Program-made: the position numbers and the translations under genes
Assembly: GCA_014654415.1 (NCBI GenBank)
Contig: JACWDC010000002.1
Location: forward strand, 71,841 to 135,840
DNA from: Pelagibacterales bacterium SAG-MED05
GTDB taxonomy: Bacteria > Pseudomonadota > Alphaproteobacteria > Pelagibacterales > Pelagibacteraceae
Direction of reading: 5' to 3'
Length of the DNA stretch: 64,000 bases
Notes under the pieces: generated by a model
The model's database searches: none
What the model saw: only the letters and a program-made list of their open reading frames with translations
Told to the model about the DNA's origin: nothing
In this document: piece by piece, positions 42,960 to 54,043 of the stretch
How positions within the stretch are numbered: position 1 is the stretch's first letter
Layout of the letters: every line of letters starts with the position of its first letter

Positions 42960-45307
42960 TAATAAAATTGCCTGTATTTAACTAATTTATCATAATTATT
43001 AATCGAGATTAATTTATTATTATCGATATTGTTAACATCTTTAGCTTTCAAAGCTTCTATAATTGTATTCTTATCACCTAATGAAGGTTTTAATCCAGTG
43101 TCGTAGTTTAAAGATGTTAAATAAATACCTTCTGGAATATTAAATTCTTTAAAATCATCTTTATAAAGAGCGTTTTTAACAAAATCTTTAAATATAGGAA
43201 GAGCAGCTTTTGAACCAGTTTCATATTTTCCAAGTGTTTTTGGACTATCAAAACCTACGTATACTCCTATGACTAAATTTGAAGTAAAACCAATAAACCA
43301 AGCATCGTAATTATTATTAGTTGTTCCAGTTTTTCCTGCTAAAGGAACTTTTAAATCTCTTAATTTTTTTGCTGTTCCTCTCTTAACAGCCCCTTCTAAG
43401 ATAGAAGTCATTTGATAAGCTGTTTCTTCACTAAACACTATTTCACTTTTATATTGAATTTCTGGAAAATTTTCTGAACTGGCTAAAAATTTATCACAAC
43501 CTAAACATTTTTTATTACTTAATTTAAAAATTGTTTCACCTCTTCTATCTTGAATTCTGCTAATCAAATTAGGATTTACTTTTTTTCCTCCATTAACAAA
43601 TGAGGCATAAGCTGAAGTAAGATTGATTAAAGAAGTTTCTGCTGAACCAAGCGATACAGACAATAATTCTGGTATATCATCATAGATTTCTAGCTTATTT
43701 GATAAGTTTAAAATTTTATTGACACCCAGTGCTTTAGCAATCCTGACTGTCATTAAATTTCTGGAATATTCAATTCCTTTTCTTAATGTTGAAGGTCCAT
43801 AAAATTTTTTTCCATAATTTTCAGGCTTCCAATCTTTTAAGCCTACTCCTTGGCTTTCTACAAAAGGAGCATCTAAAACTATTGAGTTGGGAGAATAGCC
43901 GTTTTCTAAAGCGGCAGCATAAACAATCGGTTTAAAAGCAGATCCAGGTTGTCTTTTAGCTTGAGTAACTCTATTAAACTCACTCGATCTAAAGTTAAAT
44001 CCACCAACTAAAGCTTTTACATCACCAGTGTGCGGTTCAATTACTACTATCCCTCCATTTACTTTGGGGTATTGTTTTAAATCCCAAATATTGTTTTCTT
44101 TCTTTACAAAAATAATGTCTCCAACATTAAATCTATCAAAAATAGTTTTTTTATTTGGAATCGCCCATTTGAGTTTTTGTAAAAGAATTTTTCCTTTTAA
44201 ACCTTTTAACGTTTTGAAATTTACCCCAGTTTCTCTTACTTCTAAAATTTCAGCAGTCTTCCAATTTAAAGTTGGGTCTATTTTAAAATCTTTAACTTTT
44301 TCTTTCCAATTAGAATCTTTTGATTTATTTGTAATTGCCCCTCTCCAACCATGTCTTCTGTCGTATGACTCTATTCCACCTCTTAAAGATTTTATTGCTT
44401 GAATTTGATAATTTATATTCAAAGGTGTCCTTATAGATAGTCCCTCAGAATAAAGTTTTTTAAATCCGTACTTGTCTTTTATAGATCTTCTTACTTCTTC
44501 TGTGTATGAATTTGCTTCATTGACAATTTCTATTTTTCTTCTTTTTAATTTAATTGGAAGCTTTTTGAAATTTTTCAATTGTTCTTTAGTAATGTAGTTA
44601 TTGTCTTCAAGATTTTGAATTACTAAATTTCTTCTAAATTTAGCAACATCATAATATTTAAAAGGATCATATCTACTCGGAGCTTTAGGTAAAGCGGCTA
44701 ACAAAGCTGACTCGGTATAATCTAAATCTTTCACAGATTTATCAAAGTATTCTAAGCTCGCTGCAGCTATTCCATAAGCTCCTTGACCAAGATAAATTTG
44801 ATTTAAATATAGTTCTAAAATCCTTTCTTTTGAATAAGCACGCTCAATTCTAAAAGCTAATATGGCTTCTTTGATTTTTCTATTTAAAGAAACTTCATTT
44901 GTTAATAAAAAATTTTTAGCAACTTGCTGTGTGATAGTAGAAGCACCTTCCAATCTTTTATTTTCACTTATATTTTTTAAATTTTTTAATAATGCCCTAA
45001 GTATTCCTTTGGCATCAATACCTGGGTGGTTAAAAAAATTTTTATCTTCTGCTGATAAAAATGAATTTATCACTTTTTTAGGAACCGACTCAAAGGGTAT
45101 AAACAATCTCTTTTCTAGAGAATATTCTGCAATCAATCTTCCATCGTTAGAATATACTCTGCTTGAAATTGGAGGTTGATAGGAAGATAGTTTTTTATAA
45201 TCCGGCAGCCCAATAGAAAAATACCATAGCGTTGAAAAAGAGAAAAATAAACAAATTACTACAAATATAATAAAAAATTTAATTGAAAAATTTAGAAATT
45301 TTAACAT
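42959..45307 (-). CDS. mrcA: Penicillin-binding protein 1A (bifunctional transglycosylase/transpeptidase)
   Basis: AEDKNFF.H.G, GASTITQQVAKN, RKIKE, SAFK (SxxK), SRN, KTG. Confidence 0.94.
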   Translation of the reverse strand: MLKFLNFSIKFFIIFVVICLFFSFSTLWYFSIGLPDYKKLSSYQPPISSRVYSNDGRLIAEYSLEKRLFIPFESVPKKVINSFLSAEDKNFFNHPGIDAKGILRALLKNLKNISENKRLEGASTITQQVAKNFLLTNEVSLNRKIKEAILAFRIERAYSKERILELYLNQIYLGQGAYGIAAASLEYFDKSVKDLDYTESALLAALPKAPSRYDPFKYYDVAKFRRNLVIQNLEDNNYITKEQLKNFKKLPIKLKRRKIEIVNEANSYTEEVRRSIKDKYGFKKLYSEGLSIRTPLNINYQIQAIKSLRGGIESYDRRHGWRGAITNKSKDSNWKEKVKDFKIDPTLNWKTAEILEVRETGVNFKTLKGLKGKILLQKLKWAIPNKKTIFDRFNVGDIIFVKKENNIWDLKQYPKVNGGIVVIEPHTGDVKALVGGFNFRSSEFNRVTQAKRQPGSAFKPIVYAAALENGYSPNSIVLDAPFVESQGVGLKDWKPENYGKKFYGPSTLRKGIEYSRNLMTVRIAKALGVNKILNLSNKLEIYDDIPELLSVSLGSAETSLINLTSAYASFVNGGKKVNPNLISRIQDRRGETIFKLSNKKCLGCDKFLASSENFPEIQYKSEIVFSEETAYQMTSILEGAVKRGTAKKLRDLKVPLAGKTGTTNNNYDAWFIGFTSNLVIGVYVGFDSPKTLGKYETGSKAALPIFKDFVKNALYKDDFKEFNIPEGIYLTSLNYDTGLKPSLGDKNTIIEALKAKDVNNIDNNKLISINNYDKLVKYRQFY

Positions 45308-45453
45308 CTTTAATAATGTAATGCATTAAATCTGGCTATCTTAGGGCATGATAAAATTATTATAGGTGCAATTAACGATAAAATTGTATATTATTCTTTC
45401 ATGTTAAAATTCAAAATTATAAAATTAAAGACTTTCAACAGAATTCACTTAAA

Positions 45454-47271
45454 ATGGAAAAAAATTTATACATTGATGCTTCGCATCCAAATGAGACTCG
45501 TATCGTTCTTAAATCCAACAACTCTATTGAAGAATATGAGTTTGAAGATAAAAACAAGTTAAATTTTAAAAACAATATTTATCTTGGTACAGTTAGTAGA
45601 ATAGAGCCTTCTCTACAGGCTGCTTTCATCAATTTTGGAAGAACTAGACATGGGTTTTTAGCCTTTAATGATATTCAGTCTGATTACTATCAAATTCCTT
45701 CAGAGGATAAAGAAAGAATTAGAGATGCTGAAGAAAAAATAAGAGAAAATCTTAAAAATAAAAATTTAGAAGATGCTTCTAAAGAAGAGAATAATACCAA
45801 GTCATCTGAAGTAAATGACGGTGATAAAAATCTAGTTAAAAATGATGAAGAAGAAAAAAAAGAATATAGGGAAGAATTAAAAACTTCATATGGTCTTAAA
45901 AGATATAGAATACAAGAAGTTATAAAACCAGGGCAAGTAATATTGATTCAAGTAATTAAAGAAGAAAGAGGTCAAAAAGGAGCTGCTCTTACAACGTTTA
46001 TATCTTTAGCTGGTAAATATATAGTTTTAATGCCCAACACTCCAAAAGGCGGAGGGATATCAAGAAAAATTTTTAACTCTTCAGATAGACAAAAAATGAG
46101 AGGTATATTAAACCAAATTGAAATTCCAAAAAGTATGGGCATTATAGTTAGAACTGCTGGAGCTAATAAAACAAAAAATGAGATAGAAAAAGATTTTCAA
46201 AATACATTAAAAACTTGGGAAGATATAAGAGATAAAGCTTTAAATTCAAATGCACCTTCTTTGGTATATGAAGAAGGGGATATCATAAAACGTACTATAC
46301 GAGACACTTACGATAATGAAACAAAAAATGTTTATATAGACGGCAATGAAGCTTATCAAAAGGCAAAAAAATTTATGAAGGAATTGATGCCTAAAAATGT
46401 AAAAAATATAAGAAAATACCGAGGAAAAGTTCCTCTCTTCCATGATGCAAATATTGAAAAAGAATTAAACAATATCTTTGAGCCTACTGTTAAATTAAAA
46501 TCAGGTGGGTATCTAGTAATAAATCCAACTGAAGCCCTTGTAGCAATTGATATAAACTCCGGACAATCTACTAAACAAATCAACATTGAGAAAACAGCAT
46601 TAAATACAAATCTTGAAGCAGCTGAAGAAATATCTCGCCAAATCAAACTTAGAGATCTATCTGGTTTAATTGTAATTGATTTTATAGATATGATGAATTT
46701 CTACAATAGAAGAACAGTAGAAAAAAAAATGAGAGAAAGTATAAGAAAAGATAGAGCTCGAATTCAAGTTGGTAGAATTAGCAATTTTGGTTTATTAGAA
46801 ATGACAAGACAAAGACTTCGAGAAGCCTCGATAAATTGGGAAATTGTATTATCTTTAGAGTCTTTTGCTCAAAAAATTATAAAAAAAATTGAACTTTTGG
46901 CTTTTAATAATAAAGTAAAAATTATTAAAGCTTACATCCCTGAAAAAGTAAAATTATATATTGATAATAAACTTTCTAAAGAAATTGAATACTTTGAAAA
47001 AAAATATTCATTCAAAATTAATTTTTTAGCTGCTACTAAACTAATTATTCCTGAATATAAGATTGAGCTTTTAAATAAATCAAAAAAAATTATTAATACA
47101 ATTGAAAATATTGATAAAATCAATGAATTTCAGGAAGATTCAAAAGAAAATAAAAAACTATATAAATCTAAAAATGAAAATAAATTAAATCTAAAAAAAT
47201 CAAAAAAAACTAAGAATATTAAAAAGAAAATTAAGAAACCGCGAACATTGTGGTTTAGAAGAAAAAAATAG
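45454..47271 (+). CDS. rne: Ribonuclease E/G family endoribonuclease (short)
   Basis: NIY.G.V.RIEPSLQAAF, GGISRKI, IDINSG, LRDLSGLIVIDFIDM, FGLLEMTRQR. Confidence 0.92.
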   Translation: MEKNLYIDASHPNETRIVLKSNNSIEEYEFEDKNKLNFKNNIYLGTVSRIEPSLQAAFINFGRTRHGFLAFNDIQSDYYQIPSEDKERIRDAEEKIRENLKNKNLEDASKEENNTKSSEVNDGDKNLVKNDEEEKKEYREELKTSYGLKRYRIQEVIKPGQVILIQVIKEERGQKGAALTTFISLAGKYIVLMPNTPKGGGISRKIFNSSDRQKMRGILNQIEIPKSMGIIVRTAGANKTKNEIEKDFQNTLKTWEDIRDKALNSNAPSLVYEEGDIIKRTIRDTYDNETKNVYIDGNEAYQKAKKFMKELMPKNVKNIRKYRGKVPLFHDANIEKELNNIFEPTVKLKSGGYLVINPTEALVAIDINSGQSTKQINIEKTALNTNLEAAEEISRQIKLRDLSGLIVIDFIDMMNFYNRRTVEKKMRESIRKDRARIQVGRISNFGLLEMTRQRLREASINWEIVLSLESFAQKIIKKIELLAFNNKVKIIKAYIPEKVKLYIDNKLSKEIEYFEKKYSFKINFLAATKLIIPEYKIELLNKSKKIINTIENIDKINEFQEDSKENKKLYKSKNENKLNLKKSKKTKNIKKKIKKPRTLWFRRKK

Positions 47272-47272
47272 C

Positions 47273-48046
47273 TTAGATCAAACCATCTGTAGGAGAACTT
47301 GGTGTTGCAAAATAGTTTTTTTTCATTCTTCCAGCGAGATAAGAGTCTCTTCCAGAAATTACTGCGTTCTTAAAAGCTCTAGCCATTTTTATAGGATTTT
47401 TTGAATTTGCAATTGCGCTATTAATTAAAACACCATCGCATCCCAATTCCATTGCTATAGTGGCATCTGATGCAGTTCCTATTCCAGCATCCACAATTAC
47501 TGGAACTTTTGATTGTTTAATTATTAAAGAAATATTAACTTTGTTTTGCAGCCCCAACCCGGAACCTATCGGAGATGCTAAAGGCATAATTGCTGAAGCA
47601 CCATAATCCTCTAATTTTTTTGCTAACAAAGGGTCGTCGGTGCAATAAACCATTACTTTGAAACCCTCTTTAACAAGAACTTTTGTTGATTTAAGTGTTT
47701 CAATCATGTTGGGATATAAAGTTTTTTTATCACCTAAAACTTCTAGTTTTACTAATTTCCACCCGCCCATTTCTCTAGCCAATCTCAGGGTTCTTAAAGC
47801 ATCTTCCGAAGTGAAACATCCAGCGGTATTTGGCAAATAGATAATTTTCTTTGGATTTAGATAGTCAGTTAAAATTGGTTTTTTTTTATCAAGAATATTT
47901 ATTCGTCTTACAGCAACGGTAACCATTTCTGCTCCTGATTCTTTTACTGCTAGAGCTGTTTCTTTGAAATTTTTATATTTACCAGTCCCAACGATCAATC
48001 TAGATTTTAGTTTTTTACTAGCGATTGTAAAAATATCTTTTTTCAA
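47273..48046 (-). CDS. thiG: Thiazole synthase
   Basis: [38 protein letters not shown]; likely TTG start at 48046, behind GGAGGAGG formed by the thiS Gly codons. Confidence 0.95.
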   Translation of the reverse strand: MKKDIFTIASKKLKSRLIVGTGKYKNFKETALAVKESGAEMVTVAVRRINILDKKKPILTDYLNPKKIIYLPNTAGCFTSEDALRTLRLAREMGGWKLVKLEVLGDKKTLYPNMIETLKSTKVLVKEGFKVMVYCTDDPLLAKKLEDYGASAIMPLASPIGSGLGLQNKVNISLIIKQSKVPVIVDAGIGTASDATIAMELGCDGVLINSAIANSKNPIKMARAFKNAVISGRDSYLAGRMKKNYFATPSSPTDGLI

Positions 48047-48047
48047 A

Positions 48048-48251
48048 TTACCCTCCTCCAATAAAGTGCACTACTTCTAATTTATCATTATTTTTCAAAT
48101 ATTTTTTTTTATAATTAGATTTTGGTATGATAATTCTATTATGTTCTATAGCTACTTTTTTATTATTAAGCTTAAATTTTTTTAACAACTCATAAATAGT
48201 TGTTTTAGGTTTTATTGAGATTTTTTTTCCATTTAATTGTATTTTTGCCAT
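48048..48251 (-). CDS. thiS: Sulfur carrier protein ThiS
   Basis: IQLNG...VAIEHN...[12 protein letters not shown]-terminal GG; start moved to MAKIQ. Confidence 0.93.
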   Translation of the reverse strand: MAKIQLNGKKISIKPKTTIYELLKKFKLNNKKVAIEHNRIIIPKSNYKKKYLKNNDKLEVVHFIGGG

Positions 48252-48282
48252 AATTGAGTTAATTAAGTACCTTATAAAATTA

Positions 48283-48723
48283 ATGATGAACAAAATTATA
48301 ATTCTTAACGGGCCAAACCTCAACCTTTTAGGTGAAAGAGAAAAAGAAAAATACGGTAATATTACATTAAAAGATATTGATAATAACTGTAAAGAATTTG
48401 CTAAAAAAAATAATATTGACCTTTCTTTGTTTCAGTCAAATATCGAAGGAGAATTAGTCGAAGAAATACAAAAAGCAAGAAAAGAACAGCATGGTTTAAT
48501 TATTAATGCTGGTGCTTACACACATACTTCTGTGGCTATACATGATGCATTAAAAATACTTAAAATACCTATAGTCGAATTACATATAACTAATATTTAC
48601 AATAGAGAAGAATTCAGGCATAAATCACTAATTAGTAAAATAGCAACCAGTATTCTATGTGGTTTTGGAACTGATGGCTATATTATGGCCTTACAAGCAA
48701 TGAAAAATTATTTAAAAAAATGA
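48283..48723 (+). CDS. aroQ: Type II 3-dehydroquinate dehydratase
   Basis: LNGPNLNLLG.RE, QSN.EG, NAGAYTHTS, ELHITN...REEFRH. Confidence 0.96.
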   Translation: MMNKIIILNGPNLNLLGEREKEKYGNITLKDIDNNCKEFAKKNNIDLSLFQSNIEGELVEEIQKARKEQHGLIINAGAYTHTSVAIHDALKILKIPIVELHITNIYNREEFRHKSLISKIATSILCGFGTDGYIMALQAMKNYLKK

Positions 48724-49145
48724 AAATAGATAAAAAACTAATTAAAGAACTAGTTGACCATTTAAGTGAATTCAATTTGACAGAACTTGAGTATCAAGAA
48801 GGTCAAACAAAAATAAAAGTTTCAAAAGCATATAAAGGAATAGAGCAAGTTAAATCAGGTGCGATTATATCGCCAAATAAAGCAGTATTAAATGAATCTG
48901 ATGATTCCGATGGAATAAGAATAAAATCTCCAATTATTGGAACTGCTTATTTAGCTCCAGAACCGGGTGGAAAACAATTTGTTAAAGTTGGAGATAAAAT
49001 AAAAAAAGGTCAAACCATTATGATAGTTGAAGCAATGAAAACAATGAATCATGTCCCTTCAACAGATGACGGAGTAGTTAAAAAGATTCTAGTTAATGAT
49101 GGTCAGCCAGTGGAATTTGGTCAGCCATTAATTGTCATAAAATAA
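48720..49145 (+). CDS. accB: Biotin carboxyl carrier protein
   Basis: EAMKTMN biotinylation motif; VEFGQPL. Confidence 0.95.
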   Translation: MKIDKKLIKELVDHLSEFNLTELEYQEGQTKIKVSKAYKGIEQVKSGAIISPNKAVLNESDDSDGIRIKSPIIGTAYLAPEPGGKQFVKVGDKIKKGQTIMIVEAMKTMNHVPSTDDGVVKKILVNDGQPVEFGQPLIVIK

Positions 49146-49151
49146 AATACA

Positions 49152-50489
49152 ATGTTTAAAAAAGTATTAATTGCTAACAGAGGCGAAATTGCTGTTAGAA
49201 TAATAAGAGCCTGCAAAGAATGGGGAATTGAAACTGTAGCAGTTCATTCAGATGTAGATTCAGATGCTATGCATGTAAGACTAGCAGATGAAAGTGTTTG
49301 TATAGGCTCTCATCAGCCGCAAAATAGTTATTTAAACATCTCTTCAATTATGTCTGCGGTAGATTTAACTAATGCTGAGGCTATCCATCCGGGATATGGT
49401 TTTCTATCTGAAAACTCAAAATTTGCTGAAATGGTTACTAAACATGGAATTAAATTTATTGGACCCAGTGCTGATTTAATTTCTAAAATGGGAGACAAAA
49501 TTGTAGCAAAAAGAATAGCAAAAAAATATGGTTTACCAATAATTGAGGGGTCTGAAGGAGGAGTGAAATCATTCTCAGAAGCAAAATCTATATGTAAAGA
49601 AATTGGGTATCCAGTATTAATAAAAGCAGCAGGAGGTGGTGGTGGAAAAGGAATGAAAATTGTTGAAGAAGAAAGTCAATTAGAAAATTTATTTTTAACA
49701 GCAAAAAATGAAGCAAAGAAATATTTTGGAAATGATGAACTGTATATTGAAAAATATTTTAAAAATCCTAGACATATTGAAGTACAAATCATGTCTGGAA
49801 AAAATAAAACTGTCCATTTAGGTGAGAGAGATTGTTCAGTTCAAAGACGACATCAAAAATTAATTGAAGAAACTCCTAGTCCAGTCTTAACCGATGAACA
49901 AAGAAAAAATTTATTAGAAAAAACAGTGAAAATGGTAGAGCAGATCGGCTATGAAGGTGCTGGAACAGTAGAGTTTATTTATGAAAATGGAAAATTCTAT
50001 TTTTTAGAAATGAATACAAGAGTTCAAGTTGAGCACCCAGTAACAGAAGTACAAACAGGAATAGATATTGTCAAAGAACAATTGTGGATAGCATTTACTG
50101 GAGAAACTGCATTAAAACAAAGTGACATAGACCCAAGAGGTCATTCTATTGAGTGTAGAATAAATGCTGAAAATCCAGCTTTAGATTTTCAACCAAGTCC
50201 TGGAGTAATTAGTGTTTGTCATCAGCCGTCAGGTTTTAGGACTCGAGTAGATGGTTCAATTTTTCAAGGATGCAAAGTCACTCCTTACTATGATAGTTTG
50301 ATAGCTAAAGTCATTTGTAAAGGAAGAAATAGATCTGAAGCCATTCAAAGAACTTTAAGATCTTTAGATGAATTTGTTTTAGAGGGAATTACCACAACTA
50401 TAGATCTTCATAAAAAAATATTAAATCATAAAAAATTTATAAGCTCTAATTTTGATACTAATTGGTTAAGTAAAGAAAAATTTTATTAA
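49152..50489 (+). CDS. accC: Biotin carboxylase
   Basis: LIANRGEIA, HPGYGFLSEN, GGGGKG, RDCSVQRRHQK, EMNTRVQVEH. Confidence 0.97.
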   Translation: MFKKVLIANRGEIAVRIIRACKEWGIETVAVHSDVDSDAMHVRLADESVCIGSHQPQNSYLNISSIMSAVDLTNAEAIHPGYGFLSENSKFAEMVTKHGIKFIGPSADLISKMGDKIVAKRIAKKYGLPIIEGSEGGVKSFSEAKSICKEIGYPVLIKAAGGGGGKGMKIVEEESQLENLFLTAKNEAKKYFGNDELYIEKYFKNPRHIEVQIMSGKNKTVHLGERDCSVQRRHQKLIEETPSPVLTDEQRKNLLEKTVKMVEQIGYEGAGTVEFIYENGKFYFLEMNTRVQVEHPVTEVQTGIDIVKEQLWIAFTGETALKQSDIDPRGHSIECRINAENPALDFQPSPGVISVCHQPSGFRTRVDGSIFQGCKVTPYYDSLIAKVICKGRNRSEAIQRTLRSLDEFVLEGITTTIDLHKKILNHKKFISSNFDTNWLSKEKFY

Positions 50490-50996
50490 ACATTGTTACA
50501 ATTTACTAGCTGCAAATCATAGATAGCATGATCAAAAGGAGCTATCGTTGGATCTGACGCAAATGTCCACCCGTTAAAAATAAAAACTTTTTCATTTTGA
50601 TTCTCTGACATATCTTTCACTTGTAAGTAAGCAACACTATTATTTTTTTTATTTGAATTTATCTTTCCACATTTTAATACTTTGATTTCAAGTGGACCAA
50701 ATTTTTTTTATCTCACCTAAATTAATTACAATTTCAGAAGTTTTAGCGGTAATCTTATCTAAACCAATTAACTTCGCACTAGATAAATTGCTTTGTGGTA
50801 AAATATCTTTTTTATCTTTAATGACTTCATTGTTTATTACGTTATTACTTAAATCTTCTACTTCTTCAAAGCTTGGTTTTAATTCATTTAAATTAATAAG
50901 AGATGAGGTTGAAACTTTATCTTCAGCTAAAGATATCAGATTATAAAAAAGTAAAAACAATAATGATAAAGCAAATCTATTATTTCCAAGTTTCAT
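50486..50996 (-). CDS. DUF2155-like exported protein, frameshifted at the homopolymer 50702-50709
   Basis: GLDKITA motif; removing one base gives ...KKFGPLEIKVLKC...AYLQV...IFNGWTFASDP...FDHAIYD..LVNC* ending at 50486. Confidence 0.78.
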
Positions 50997-51010
50997 ATTT
51001 CTTAGGTTTA

Positions 51011-51331
51011 TCATTTTTTTTTAATCTTTATTGGCTTATAGGCATCTTTAAAACCAGTTTTATTTTCTAAATGTTTTTTTTGCCAATTATATTTTTTTTC
51101 ATTATTATTAGGAATGTTGTCTATTGTATGATGCATCCACATAAACCAATCAGAAGTAATTTTTGTGGCCTCTACATTGTTAGAGTATATAACCCATCGT
51201 TCATTATGTTTATTTTTATAGTACTTATTTCCAAATTCATCTTTACCCACAAATTTTCCAAAAAATAAAGTCTTTAAAAAAGTTCCAAATGTCTGCCTAT
51301 TCCACCAAGTAAAAAATATTTTAAAATTCAT
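51011..51331 (-). CDS. NADH:ubiquinone oxidoreductase NDUFA12-like subunit
   Basis: FFTWW..QT.GT, VGKDEFGNKYY, RWVIY, W..WMHH; start moved to MNFKI. Confidence 0.88.
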   Translation of the reverse strand: MNFKIFFTWWNRQTFGTFLKTLFFGKFVGKDEFGNKYYKNKHNERWVIYSNNVEATKITSDWFMWMHHTIDNIPNNNEKKYNWQKKHLENKTGFKDAYKPIKIKKK

Positions 51332-51437
51332 TTTTTTGATTTTTATAAATCCACACAATTAATAAGTGTATAATTATATATATCAGACACTTAATATATT
51401 TGCTATATATCTTTAATAAACAGATTCCTTTTCAAAA

Positions 51438-52259
51438 ATGAAAAAATTTATAGTTGAAACTTATTATACGTGTACCTTTAAAACAGTTCACACTCTAAAT
51501 AATCTTAATGATCAAGAGTTAGCAAAAATTGATTCGAGAAATGACGGAGAGGTTGAAGTTATTGATGTTAAACTAAATAACCGTAAAACAAAAAAGATTG
51601 GGGATAGTAAAAAATCTCCAGAAAAAATCAAAAAAACTGATGGTCTATTCTCTTCATCCGTTTCAAATAAAGTTACTGATTCTAAAAACCAAGGTATTGT
51701 TAACGATGTTAATCCAATAAAAGTAAAGGATAACGCAAGATTTAAAATGCCTGACCGTAGAAAGGGTTATATTCAAAAAGCACAAATTGGAGATCACAAA
51801 GTTTATTTGCACACTGGAGAATATGATGATGGAAAAATAGGAGAGATTTTTATTGATACAAATAAAGAAGGTGAGTTAGTTAAAGCTATGATGAATAATT
51901 TTGCAATCGCAATATCTCTTGGTTTGCAATATGGAGTTCCACTAGATGAATATGTTGATGCATTTATTGACACCAAATTTGAGCCTTCTGGAAATGTAAT
52001 TGGCAACGATAGAATTTTAAGTGCATCTTCAATCTTAGATTATGTATTTAGGGAGCTTGCTATTTCATATTTAGGAAAAGAAGAATTAGCTCACACTCCT
52101 TCAATTGCGAGCACTAAAGATATAACTAGTGAAAATGCGGATGACAAATTTCTAAAAATTGTGAAGAATATAACCTCAAAAGGTTTTGTAAGAAGTAATT
52201 ACGAAGAAAAACTAGTTGATCTTTCTGATGTAAGGATCAATCTAAAATCTAAAAATTAA
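51438..52259 (+). CDS. Stand-alone TSCPD domain protein (C-terminal region of class II ribonucleotide reductase NrdJ)
   Basis: [68 protein letters not shown]; no catalytic barrel. Confidence 0.8.
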   Translation: MKKFIVETYYTCTFKTVHTLNNLNDQELAKIDSRNDGEVEVIDVKLNNRKTKKIGDSKKSPEKIKKTDGLFSSSVSNKVTDSKNQGIVNDVNPIKVKDNARFKMPDRRKGYIQKAQIGDHKVYLHTGEYDDGKIGEIFIDTNKEGELVKAMMNNFAIAISLGLQYGVPLDEYVDAFIDTKFEPSGNVIGNDRILSASSILDYVFRELAISYLGKEELAHTPSIASTKDITSENADDKFLKIVKNITSKGFVRSNYEEKLVDLSDVRINLKSKN

Positions 52260-54043
52260 TTTTTTTTAATATCGATCTTTATTCCCAGTTCTTTTAATTG
52301 TTTTGCTTCAACTTCAGAAGGAGCTTTCATCATTAAGTCTTGAGCATTTTGATTCATAGGAAATAAAGTTATCTCCCTAATATTTTTCTCATTTGCAAGT
52401 AACATTACAATTCTATCTACACCTGGGGCTATTCCTCCATGTGGTGGTGCTCCGTAACTTAAAGCATTTAACATTCCACTAAATTTTTCTTCAACTTGCT
52501 TTTTATCATACCCTGCAACTGAAAAAAGTTTATACATTAATTCAGGTATGTGATTTCTTATAGCTCCAGAAGATAATTCAACTCCATTACAAACAATATC
52601 ATATTGAAATGCTTTTATTTCTAAAGGATTATTAAAATCCAATTTATCTATTTCTCCTTGTGGCATTGAAAAAGGATTGTGACTGAATTTAATTTTTTTA
52701 GTTTGTTCATCTAACTCATACATCGGATAATCAACAATCCAACAAAATGCAAATTGATCTTCATTAATTAAACTTAAATCTTTTGCAATTTTATCTCTAG
52801 CGATTGATAATATTTTTTCAATTTCATTAACTTTTCCACAGGCTAAAAATATACTATCTCCAACTTCTGCATTACAGATTTTCATTATTTCTTTTAAAGA
52901 ATCTTCGCTAAAAAATTTACCTACGGGACCTTTTCCTGTGATTTTTTTATCTTTTTCAATTGTAAAATAAGCTAAACCAGATGCACCCTGTTCTTTTGCC
53001 CATTTATCAATGTTATCAAAAAAACTTCTCGGTTTATCTTTTGTATTTTTTGTAATAATGCATCTTGATTTACAGCCTGATTTTACTAGTTTTTTAAATA
53101 TATCGAATTTTACATCGTCCCTAGTAAAAATATTTGTAATATCCTTTATTATTAAAGGGTTTCTTAAATCAGGTTTGTCTGTACCATATTTAAGCATCGC
53201 CTGCTGATAAGGAATTTTTGGAAATTGATCATACATTATTTTCTTTGATGAAAATTTTTTAAATAAATTTACCATTAACTTTTCTATAACTACAAAAATA
53301 TCTTCTTGCTCAACAAAAGACATTTCAATATCAAGTTGATAAAATTCACCTGGGCTTCTATCGGCTCTAGCATCTTCATCTCTGAAACATGGGGCAATTT
53401 GAAAATACTTATCAAACCCTGAGATCATTATTAATTGCTTAAATTGTTGAGGAGCTTGAGGTAAAGCATAAAATTTTCCAGGGTTTAATCTGCTAGGTAC
53501 TAAAAAATCTCTAGCACCTTCTGGACTTGATGAAGTTAAAATTGGAGTCTGATACTCAAGAAAACCTAATTTCAACATTTCTGATCTTATAAATGATATA
53601 ACTTTAGATCTTAATATAATATTTTTATGCATTTCTTCTCTTCTTAAATCTAAGAATCTATATTTTAATCTAATATCTTCTGGGTAATCCTGTTCTCCAA
53701 AAACTGGCATGGGTAATTCTTTTGACTCAGATAAAATCGTAACTGATTGGATTTTTACTTCGATTTTACCAGTGCTTAATTCTAAATTTTCAGTTCCTTT
53801 CTCTCTCTTGATAACACTTCCAGAAATAGTTAAAACTGATTCTGGTCTAGTTTTTTCCAAAAAAGAAAAAAATTTATTATTATTTTCTATAACACATTGA
53901 GTTAAACCAAAATGATCTCTTAAATCTATAAATAGTAAATTTCCATGATCTCTTTTTCTATGCAGCCATCCAGATAAAGAAATTTTTGTTCCAATATCTT
54001 TTTCGGTTAGTTCTGAACAATTATGAGATCTATATTTATTCAT
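52256..54043 (-). CDS. aspS: Aspartate--tRNA ligase (probably non-discriminating)
   Basis: [44 protein letters not shown]. Confidence 0.97.
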   Translation of the reverse strand: MNKYRSHNCSELTEKDIGTKISLSGWLHRKRDHGNLLFIDLRDHFGLTQCVIENNNKFFSFLEKTRPESVLTISGSVIKREKGTENLELSTGKIEVKIQSVTILSESKELPMPVFGEQDYPEDIRLKYRFLDLRREEMHKNIILRSKVISFIRSEMLKLGFLEYQTPILTSSSPEGARDFLVPSRLNPGKFYALPQAPQQFKQLIMISGFDKYFQIAPCFRDEDARADRSPGEFYQLDIEMSFVEQEDIFVVIEKLMVNLFKKFSSKKIMYDQFPKIPYQQAMLKYGTDKPDLRNPLIIKDITNIFTRDDVKFDIFKKLVKSGCKSRCIITKNTKDKPRSFFDNIDKWAKEQGASGLAYFTIEKDKKITGKGPVGKFFSEDSLKEIMKICNAEVGDSIFLACGKVNEIEKILSIARDKIAKDLSLINEDQFAFCWIVDYPMYELDEQTKKIKFSHNPFSMPQGEIDKLDFNNPLEIKAFQYDIVCNGVELSSGAIRNHIPELMYKLFSVAGYDKKQVEEKFSGMLNALSYGAPPHGGIAPGVDRIVMLLANEKNIREITLFPMNQNAQDLMMKAPSEVEAKQLKELGIKIDIKKN

